The position numbers and the translations under genes are program-made. Shown here in pieces: positions 36,051-46,664 of a stretch of DNA of 64,000 nt (position 1 is its first letter; every line of letters begins with the position of its first letter). Source of the DNA: Octopus sinensis. Taxonomy: Eukaryota. The notes beneath the pieces are model-generated. The model was given only the letters and a program-made list of their open reading frames with translations, did not search any database and was not told the DNA's origin. The stretch lies in assembly GCF_006345805.1 (NCBI RefSeq), contig NC_042998.1:46996001-47060000 (forward strand). The letters are read 5' to 3'.

Positions 36051-39000
36051 CAAATTTTAAAACAAACTGTTAATTTTCTTATGTTTTCTTAAAATTCTCT
36101 TTGTGCAAAACCAAATATATGATCGTGACGTATATTTGCCATTTAAATATGGCTAACCCCTAAGGGTGGATGCTACTGTAGTTTGTAGCCCCAACTTGAA
36201 TTCGTGGTCTCTTGAGGTCTCTGACTGAGACTTGGAGGCAACTTGTACAAATACAAAGCAAAAGTCAAACATTTATTAATAATAATCATGAATGATGGCT
36301 TATACTATATAAGGGTAAAGTAATATAATGAATAAAAGAAAGTAAAAATGAAATAAAATTTCATGAAATAAAATACTCTAAATATTTGTAACGTATCCTA
36401 ATGTAATCCTTAATGTAAACCCAGATGACGTTCCATACAAGGTAATTAAAATGCAAAATTATATATTTATATGTGTTTTGTAATTTTAATTGTGTTCGCG
36501 AAATGAAACAGTTGTCGGCGAATATGTAGATTAATAAATGAATAAATTTGTATCCATTAGATTTCTGTTTTCTAACTCGATAATAATGTTCGGTATTTTA
36601 CGATATTTTATATAATATATTCATTGAAAAAAATATCTCTTCAAAATATAATATATTAAACCAGTGTATCTTGGATAAATTATCCCTATAAGAGGTTTAA
36701 ATATTCTCATTACGACTACATACATACATACATACATACATACACACATTCACTCAGACACACACACGCGCACGCGCACACACACACAAACACACACACA
36801 CACACACACACACGCATATATATATATATATATAAATTATAAGTTAGGGTATCTAAGAGATACCACCACGCTTGAAATAGCAGCCAAAACTTGACTCTAA
36901 AACCACGATAAGTTCGATATTTAAATAACGATCTTATCCTTATATCTATATATATATATATGTGTGTGTGTGTGTTGTGTGTGTGTGTGTGTGTGTGTGT
37001 GTGAGTGAGTCTGTGTGTGTGTGCGTGTGTGTGTGTCTATGTGTATATATATGTATATATACATGTATATATATGCATATATGCACGTGTGTGTGTTTAT
37101 AAGCAGATATATATGCTTAAATGCACACACACATACACACACACATGTATATACATAGGTGTGTGCGTGTGTGTATGTGTATTTTGGTACGTGTATAAAT
37201 TATACGCACGCAAATACACATGAACACAAACACGCACGTTCAGATACATGCTAGCAAAAAAAATACACAAAACACTCCCCTCACACATAAACATTCAACC
37301 ACACAGAGATAAACGACTGTTTACATATTACATACGTATACAGTTGATGTATCTATTAGATACACGCACAAGAGTACACATACATGAATATATAAATGCA
37401 TGTATGCGTGCATGTGTACTTATACACACATATGTAAATCAAATCCTGCATACATACATACATACATAAATACATACATACATACATACATACATACATA
37501 CATACATACATACATACATACATACATACATGGGGCTGACACATGACTGATTGTTAGACGAATATGTAGGTTGCGAGAGGTCTTTTGGCTCCACTGTTCT
37601 TGTCCCTTCTTTACTTTGGTGAGGATTTAGTCGCCATAAGAACAGAAACGGTATTGACGAAATTTCGCTATCTTTGCAATTCAATATTGTCTGGTCCCGT
37701 TGGCTCGTGTCTGCCAAACGATTGCGACGCTACTTCGGCTGTAAGGAAGGAGTTAGCAACAGATATGTTTACAGATCAGGGTGTGGTGTGAGGCCCGGAA
37801 ACGAAAAGTGTCGACCATTAACGCCAAAAAGATAAAATAAAGAAAAGTAACTCAAAAGTTGTTGCAAAAATAAAATGTAATTAAAAAATAATGAAATAAA
37901 ATAAAAGAAGAAAAAGATGTGAAAAAGACGTGATTTAAAGAGGTGAAAAATATAAAAAGAGAAAAATGATAAAAAAGTTGACAAAAAACTTGAACGGGCC
38001 TGCAGCTAAATGTATGACCCCAGTGATTCAATCAAGAACACCAGCGATAAATGCCACTCAAAAAATAGCCAGAGAATTCTGCTTAAAGAAAAATTCCGAT
38101 TTCGGTTAGAGATTACGAATCGTGTTGAGCTTCAGTTGAAATTATTATCAAGTAACTATTAACAGTATATCGCATTTTTACGGTCAGTACATACATACGT
38201 TATCAATATTAGTCAATCGAGGGTAGTAAGATTAGTAGATTAACAGCTATATGTGTACCTGCAGCAGATTGAGGCCCCACTTCTATATTTATGATCGTGG
38301 TAATTACTTCAACTCTGTTACTCATATTCGGTTTTAGAGACTTTTAAACATTTAAAACTTTTTCTACTTTTTTCTTTCTTTTTAAAAAATTAAATGGCTG
38401 TAATTTAATTTTGAAAAAGCCGGATGGGACGTGTAGCCATGTGTAATTGCTCCATGTCTCTCGATGGCGTAGCTCAGTGACGAAATACCACGTCCAGGTA
38501 AGGAAGAATCTCAGCTGTTTTCTTTTCTCAGCCTAGTGGCGATATGACTCGAATCAGATTGTATTTGCCTGGGTCGAGTACGGTGAAGGTGATGCAACGC
38601 AACGATAATGTACCTTCATCAGTTTCACTCACAGAAATCTTATGATTTTCTTCTTCAAATTGATTGGGTGAAGTCGTCTTCTCTGAGCCAGTATCATTTT
38701 TCATCGTTAGATCTAAAAATCTCCACAAATTGATAATAGCAAGTAAGAGTGATTATATAGGGCAGAGGCGGATTTAGCATTAATCAATATCATAAAAAAG
38801 AATGCAGAAATTCGCCGGGTCTCTCGAAATGTCAGGATTACATTTTTCGACATAGTCAACGGTCGGTCCGGAAATCATAAAGCATTATAGAATAGATGCG
38901 TTATTGTTATTCCTTGTAACTTTTCTGCGCCCAGCTTTGTGAAATCTACGTTCGTTAACTACACACTGATGTTTTACCTGCGGCTGGTCTATCGCAAATG

Positions 39001-39084
39001 GTGATAATTCGCTGCCATTTTTACCGTACACCCTCACATTAATGACAGTGTACAGTAAAAATGGCACTCCCGCTGAAAGTTCTT

Positions 39085-39410
39085 TTACCTTTTACTTGTT
39101 TCAGTCAGTCATTTGACTGCAGCCATACTGGAATACTTGAAGGGTTGAGTCGAACAAATAGAAGTCAGTACTACTTTTTTTTAAAGTCTGGCACTTATTC
39201 TCTCCCTCTCTTTTGCCGAAACGCTAGCTTACGAGGACCTAAACAAATGCCGGTTGTCAAGCACTGGGTGAGAGGACAAATACACACACACATATATATG
39301 TATCTACACACATATATTTACGATGGGCTTCCGCATAGTTTCCATCTACCTAATTCACTCGAAGGGCACATGGTCGCAAAGTGAGTTTCTTAACCACACA
39401 TCCCCTTCAA
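39085..39410 (-). mobile_element. SINE family A, degenerate
   Basis: Homologous to 32585-32980. Confidence 0.7.
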
Positions 39411-40307
39411 TTAGTAACTTTATTGGGGACGTAGATGAATGGATGGTATTCACTTCAAACACTGCAATTATTTTTATTTTCCATATTATTTTTCTTTTTA
39501 TGCAAACCGATTGAAATTACGTTGAACACTCCAATTTCTACAGATCTAATGGAATTACCTTAGGTGATGGCGCAAAATTGATATTCCACCTGTTAATATA
39601 ACAGTTCTAATGTATTTTCTAGTCAATCACAAGTCCTCTACAGAGTCAACGAGTCAGTCTCTATGTAGGCACTCTACCAACTAGAATAACCCGGCAAATC
39701 TACCACAAAACACACCCTACTGTTCTAGAAAAGAATTGATACTGATAATCCAGTCGCGATAGTCATACATATAAATTGGATGGCCACTTATTATCATGGG
39801 GCTGCTACATCAAAACAGTCTGGGTCTAATAGCAATGACTTGTCGAAGCTACGAGCTTCATGAATTACCCCCAAATTTCGTCTATACTATCCACACAATA
39901 GTGGAAGATACTTGATAAAATCTACGAGTCACACAGAAGGAAAGAGCTTAGCAAATTCAAGAAAAAATTACTTTTAGACTGAGAAAGTGCTTGACGAAAT
40001 TAGTCGGCCGACCATACCTGTCTGCTTAATCAGGGGATTACTTACTGTCAAATATTGCTTTCTCATTCCTGTTTTAAACAATGCAGTGATCGCATTATCA
40101 GAGCGACATTCATGCATGCATACATGCATGCATACATACATACATACATACATACATACATACATACATACATACATGCATACATACATACATACATACA
40201 TACATGCATGCATGCATGCATACATACATACATACATACATACATCATGCATGCATGCATACATACATACATACATACATACATACATACATAAATACAT
40301 ACATACA

Positions 40308-40340
<33 letters not shown>

Positions 40341-41267
40341 TCGGTGCGAATGGTTTTGTTAAGCGGTGTCGGGTTTTACAATTCTATAAATAATAATACT
40401 AATGGAATTTTTTATAAACTTAAAGCTTACAGCGATCACCGTGCAAATGACTAAAGGAAAATAGTCTAGTAATGGGGCATATAAGCCCCCAACAGAAAAA
40501 GTAGGCTTTCCCGATACCCCGACCTAGGAAGCTTAATACTAAACTCGATGCTGAAATAGAGATTTTGTATTGCATAATTTTGTCCTTTTAAATCTATCTT
40601 TAATTTCAAATCCTATTGAAGATTTAAACATTGTAATCTCTAATATCTGTCAAAGACACTGAATAATCCAACAACATTTTGCTATTAATACCGATGGTCA
40701 TGATGATGGCCATGCTAACGATACAGTCCATATAACAAGACACGACAGTAAATGTGAGAAAGCTTTTAAGGAATTCAAACACAAGTTTAGAGAAGCGAGC
40801 TGTAAATATTTTCTATGAAAATATAAACCTTAGAAGCACCTGTTGAAGAAGACTGACACTTCAGACACACAGGTTTCTCGTTAAGATAAAAACTAATCGT
40901 CTCCCTACAGACAAGAACTTTCCCTTTGCCTCTATACCCTTACTGTTCCCTCGTCTTCCTTTTACTATATTTTTCTTTATTTTTCATATTTTTCAGCTTT
41001 TTCTTCTTCTTCAAATTCTTCTTTCTTTTCTTTTTTCTATTTTCTCTTTCTGTTTCTTTTTCACTCTTCTTTTCTGGTGGTTGTATTTCTTTATATTTTT
41101 ATCTTAACACCTTTTTGCTCCTTCAAACATTCTTTGCTATTTTTTCGTCAATTTTACTTCACTCTGCGTACATTCGTTCTCCCTTACTTATGCGTCTTTC
41201 TAATTTTCATCCCTATCTACCTCTCTCGCTTTCTCAACTCACATCCCTCCCCCTCTCTCACTCCCTC

Positions 41268-41324
<57 letters not shown>

Positions 41325-41367
41325 ATATGCATGTATACGTGTGTGCATATATACATATATGTATATG

Positions 41368-41640
41368 TATCTATATATATAAAGCTGGGAATATCTGTGT
41401 GTCTATCTGTGTGTCGGTATGTGTGCATTACTAAAACTCGGGAACTACCTAACCGATTTCATTCAATTTACACATGCCTTATTTAGGGTCCATGCAGTGT
41501 CATGGGCCCAAACAATTTTTAACTTTTTGCCTAATATGAGCACGCAGCAATCTCTTACTTCTTGCACTATTTCAGTATTGCGTGTCAAAAGCGAAACAAT
41601 AACGTCTCTATTGTAATGTGAGATACATTCGGTTTTAATA
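41368..41640 (+). mobile_element. Possible non-autonomous Helitron-like element, 5' part
   Basis: Starts TCTATATATATAAAGCTG, then a TGTC/TGTG microsatellite and ACCGATTTCATTCAATTT, resembling non-autonomous Helitron 5' ends. The 3' hairpin was not found. Confidence 0.4.
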
Positions 41641-41719
41641 CTTTCAATAATAATAGTATTGAAACTATTATATCATTTGTATACATGCATACATGCATGT
41701 ATATATATCTATATCTATC

Positions 41720-41821
<102 letters not shown>

Positions 41822-41837
41822 ATATATATATATTATG

Positions 41838-41881
<44 letters not shown>

Positions 41882-42437
41882 TGTAGTTATGTGCATATAC
41901 ATCTGCACACATATATATATATATGTGTATATGTATATATAGATATGTATAGATGTATATATAGATTTATATGTATTTTTATGTATGTGTATGTATATAA
42001 ATATACGTATATATATGTACAGAAGTATATATATACATGTATATATACATATATATATGTATATACATATGTATATATGTATATATATATACGTATATAT
42101 GTATATATATATATATTATGTATATATACATATATATATATATGTACATATTAAATATATATATATATATATAGCAATTAAGGACACTACTTAATAAGGA
42201 AAACTTAACAAGAAATTGTCAGGTAGATAGCGTAAAAACCTCATAAGAGAAAAAATTTCGAAAATAATTATTTCTTATTGAACATATTAATTTATATATA
42301 GAGGGCATTATACATACATGCCAGGAGGCATTCTACATACACGCCATACGCTAAGAGGGACAATCAGTCATTTCTACCAAAAATATTACTAATCCCACCG
42401 AATGCAATTTTTCAAAGAAAGACATTTAAAAATATAT

Positions 42438-42485
42438 AGACCTGTATCACAGTGATTTCATACTTACGTAATCATCAGCAGGCCT
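42438..42485 (-). ncRNA. Type I hammerhead ribozyme (unit 1); predicted cut between 42445 and 42444
   Basis: Minus strand: AGGCCUG-CUGAUGA-UUAC-GUAA-GUAU-GAAA-UCAC-U-GUGA-UA^CAGGUCU. Confidence 0.75.
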
Positions 42486-42917
42486 GAATATACTATAAAT
42501 AAACAACGACCCTGCTTCGCTTAAGCCGATCAGCTAACTGATCAACATCAACGAAGCACATGGGTGAGTTTTATATACTATATCCGGATGAATGGCAAAC
42601 TTTTACGAATTGCATTTCGGGAGAGGAAAAGTTTTTTCGGAATAAAAATTTAGCAATTAAGGACAACTACTTAATAAGGAAAACTTAACAAGAAATTGTC
42701 AGGTAGATAGCGTAAAAACCTCATAAGAGAAAAAATTTCGAAAATAATTATTTCTTATTGAACATATTAATTTATATATAGAGGGCATTATACATACATG
42801 CCAGGAGGCATTCTACATACACGCCATACGCTAAGAGGGACAATCAGTCATTTCTACCAAAAATATTACTAATCCCACCGAATGCAATTTTTCAAAGAAA
42901 GACATTTAAAAATATAT

Positions 42918-42965
42918 AGACCTGTATCACAGTGATTTCATACTTACGTAATCATCAGCAGGCCT
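42918..42965 (-). ncRNA. Type I hammerhead ribozyme (unit 2); predicted cut between 42925 and 42924
   Basis: Identical to the unit 1 motif, 480 bp away. Confidence 0.75.
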
Positions 42966-43776
42966 GAATATACTATAAATAAACAACGACCCTGCTTCGC
43001 TTAAGCCGATCAGCTAACTGATCAACATCAACGAAGCACATGGGTGAGTTTATATATACTATATCGGATGAATGGCAAACTTTTACGAATTGCATTTCGG
43101 GAGAGGAAAAGTTTTTTCGGAATAAAAATTTAGCAATTAAGGACAACTACTTAATAAGGAAAACTTAACAAGAAATTGTCAGGTAGATAGCGTAAAAACC
43201 TCATAAGAGAAAAAATTCGAAAATAATTATTTCTTATTGAACATATTAATTATATATAGAGGGCATTATACATACATGCCAGGAGGCATTCTACATACAC
43301 GCCATACGCTAAGAGGGACAATCAGTCATTTCTGTGATACAGGTCTATATATTTTTAAATGTCTTTCTTTGAAAAATTGCATTCGGTGGATTAGTAATAT
43401 TTTTGGTAGAAATGACTGATTGTCCCTCTTAGCGTATGGCGTGTATGTAGAATGCCTCCTGGCATGTATATATAATGCCCTCTATATATAATTAATATGT
43501 TCAATAAGAAATAATTATTTTTGAAATTTTTTCTCTTATGAGGTTTTTACGCTATCTACCTGACAATTTCTTGTTAAGTTTTCCTTATTAAGTAGTTGTC
43601 TTAATTGCTAAATTTTTATTCCGAAAAAACTTTTCCTCTCCCGAAATGCAATTCGTAAAAGTTTGCCATTCATCCGGATATAGTATATATAAACTCACCC
43701 ATGTGCTTCGTTGATGTTGATCAGTTAGCTGATCGGCTTAAGCGAAGCAGGGTCGTTGTTTATTTATAGTATATTC

Positions 43777-43824
43777 AGGCCTGCTGATGATTACGTAAGT
43801 ATGAAATCACTGTGATACAGGTCT
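43777..43824 (+). ncRNA. Type I hammerhead ribozyme (inverted arm); predicted cut after 43817
   Basis: AGGCCTG CTGATGA TTACGTAAGTAT GAAA TCACTGTGA TA CAGGTCT is read directly on the + strand. Confidence 0.75.
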
Positions 43825-43961
43825 ATATATTTTTAAATGTCTTTCTTTGAAAAATTGCATTCGGTGGGATTAGTAATATTTTTGGTAGAAATGACTGATT
43901 GTCCCTCTTAGCGTATGGCGTGTATGTAGAATGCCTCCTGGCATGTATGTATAATGCCCTC

Positions 43962-44012
<51 letters not shown>

Positions 44013-44497
44013 TTGTATATTTGTATGCATGTATATATTTACATACAACATTTTCAAAATAGATTCGAAGATATCACTGAAAAGCTAAAATATTCATTTC
44101 TGGATTGCTTCCTGTGTATTGAATCAAAATTCACTAGGAGCAAATCAACACCACTTATCGTCTTAGCTAACTTTACCGGAACACGTTGTGTACGTACATA
44201 ATGCAATCTGAATCAGTTTAGTGTTGCCTTGGTACATGACAATCACAATGTGATAGCACCCTAACAGTAATTAAGTCACAACATTTTCAATCTGTCGGTA
44301 CGTTATTTAACATATTTAATTCACAGAGAAGCAAACACCAAACTAGAATATAAATACTCGGTTAGAACGAGACAAAATGACAATCGATATTATGCAGTGA
44401 CTAACGTCGATGTAGTCATTTTCTGGCTAAATTCGGGGAGACAACTTCGGACACTTCGGTCTTATTTTCCTTTCCAGCAAAATGGTATCTCTTTGTA

Positions 44498-45054
44498 TTC
44501 GGTTGTCCGGAAAGTTCGTGCCGATTTTTAAAGGTAAGAAAAAGGTCAATAAATACTTGCCATTACATTTTTAATCAACCAAATATGAGCCATTTTGTTT
44601 GCACAATGCATCTCCCTCTTTCCTTTAACTTGAAAATACCCTCTTCCCAGATTTGAGGTGGTTTCATGGCAATGAATTCATTAAAGTCTCTTTTTACGTC
44701 ATCCAAGGAATTAAAAGTTTTACCATTAAGACTATTCTGCAGAGGCCTGAATAAGTGGAAATCCGAAGGCGCAATGGATACGGAGAGTGGGGTAACACGT
44801 CCCAGCCGAGCTGCAGCAATTTTTGTCTGGTTCCCAAAGCATCAAGTGCGGAAAATGAACTTTTAACTTCCATTTTATAGTGTTACAAAATTAACACAGC
44901 TGAAAGGAACATAAACCTTCTTCCACGAAAAGATAGCTTAAACTGTCCTCTTAAAGGAGGTGTGGTCAAATCCTATTCTATGGACTGGACAATGTTCCCA
45001 AATAAGTCAAAGGTAAACTACTATAAATCGGCATGAACTTTCCGGACAAACCAA
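44498..45054 (-). mobile_element. Internally deleted mariner element with TIRs and TA TSD
   Basis: ~30-bp TIRs (ttcggttgtccggaaagttcgtgccgattt / aaatcggcatgaactttccggacaaaccaa) flanked by TA. The minus-strand IAPSDFHLFRPLQNSLNGKTF matches the mariner YSPDLAPSDFHLF region. Confidence 0.9.
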
Positions 45055-45920
45055 TAGTTTCTGAAGTGTTTCACAATTGAAAAACATAATAAATAGACAA
45101 GAATCTAGGTGTGTTTGCATACGAAAATATAATTGCTTAGTGGCAAACAGCTCAGAGACACCATTGCATAAATACTGAGTAATTCATTATTACTTCACCG
45201 AAAACATAACGCTGTCTTTCTTCATTAGGAGTATCAGAATAAAATCGAAATATATCGGGTGTTGCCATCCTTGGTTTGATCAGTAGTTTCGAAAATGCAT
45301 TGCCTGAGACACGCTGATGTTGATACTATTGACCATAAAGTTAGTATAAATGAGAGTAATACTATTAAAATTGCTGCTCCTGCTGTTATTCATGAATACT
45401 CCGTTTATTTCGCGTGTGAATACTTTTTTTTATCAAGGCAGTGTTGATTAGTGTGATGTTATCTTTATAGGATTTATTTTCTAGTCTATTGGTTTATATA
45501 TTTTCTCATTTGTTTTATGTTATATCTTCCTATTCCGTAAGAAATATTAATTTTCTCACACACGCTCACGATCTCACTGTCTAGGACTCCTATTTCAATC
45601 TCTTCCTTCATACAGATAAATTTTTTTCCAATCGTTTTTATCTTGTTGCTTTCTCACACTTTCTTTCGTTATTTCTCATTGCACTCTGACAATTTTCTTT
45701 CCAATATTTCTCTCTCATCTACCCTCTGAAGTTTTATATCCAACAGTATCTATATACGTGTCAGTCTGTCAGCAATTTGCCTATCTGTTAATCTATACAT
45801 ATAAGCATCTCCCTATATTCACCTCACCATTCTTTTCTCTCCTCTCACCCTTCTCTCTATATGTATATGGAGAGGGACATAGACATACACATGCAATCGC
45901 AAATACTCCCACGCCCATCA

Positions 45921-46014
<94 letters not shown>

Positions 46015-46018
46015 TACA

Positions 46019-46544
46019 ATATAGTGTATATTTAAACACATGAGGAATCCATTCATAGGAATTCAAGACGCTAGAAAGAACAGCTAGATTCTATTCACGC
46101 TAGAAAGAACAGCTAGGTTCTATAACCACAAAAAATTAGGGATAAAATTCAACAGGAACGAAATGAAAAATAAAAACATTTTACCATCTAGTTTCCTGGA
46201 CCAATTGGTTTCTGATTTTAGTTTAGCGAGCAAAGGAACTAGCCAGGTGCAATCTTCTTCTGCAGGACCACCTAGGATTAAACGTATACACACGGGGTGA
46301 TCAAAACTACTTGCCCTGTATTTATACGTCCTAACTTTTTCAAAATCTACTGCGCAGCCGCAGTCCTTCGCCAGCAATAAAAAAATAAACAAAGGAAACT
46401 AGATGGTAAAATGTTTTTTTATTTTTCATTTCGTTCCTGTCGAATTTTATCCCTAATTTTTTGTGGTTATAGAACCTGGCTGTTCTTTCTTGCGTGTTGA
46501 ATTCCTATGAGTAAATTCCTCATGTGTTTAAATATACACTATAT
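46019..46544. mobile_element. MITE/foldback with ~150-bp terminal inverted repeats
   Basis: 46019-46198 is the reverse complement of 46393-46544. The left arm carries an extra 29-bp tandem duplication. Confidence 0.85.
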
Positions 46545-46664
46545 CGTATGACTTAATATATAGTCTTTTTGACTAAATCTCTACACGTTAGCCCACTGGA
46601 AATGTAAATTTTAATTAATTTCCATTTCCCTTTGATATGATTATATATATATATATGTATATAT

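Larger units (their letters stand above)
42172..43972. mobile_element. Hammerhead-containing ~480-bp tandem/inverted repeat array (non-LTR retrozyme-like)
   Basis: Forward units lie at 42172-42650, 42651-43130 and 43131-43333 (partial), with an inverted arm at 43334-43972. It is flanked by (TA)n, has no ORF, and carries one hammerhead fold per full unit. Confidence 0.8.

Noticed and set aside
38528-38728. Ig I-set-like GTLSL...DPGKYNL...G frame and nearby splice-like sites
   Set aside because: The motif spacing is wrong, the putative plus-strand intron is only 34 nt, and there is no partner exon.
43085-43190. Plus-strand translation of the 480-bp unit faintly resembling a PLE C-terminus (EEK..LLNK.NL..C)
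   Set aside because: It needs a frameshift, the similarity is weak, and it lies opposite the ribozyme strand; a PLE origin is not excluded but is unsupported.
42172-43972. The array as a CRISPR or a simple fold-back read artefact
   Set aside because: There is no repeat-spacer structure. The inverted arm starts ~75 nt out of register and does not mirror the left flank. Single-base indels between copies do suggest sequencing noise, so copy number needs read support.
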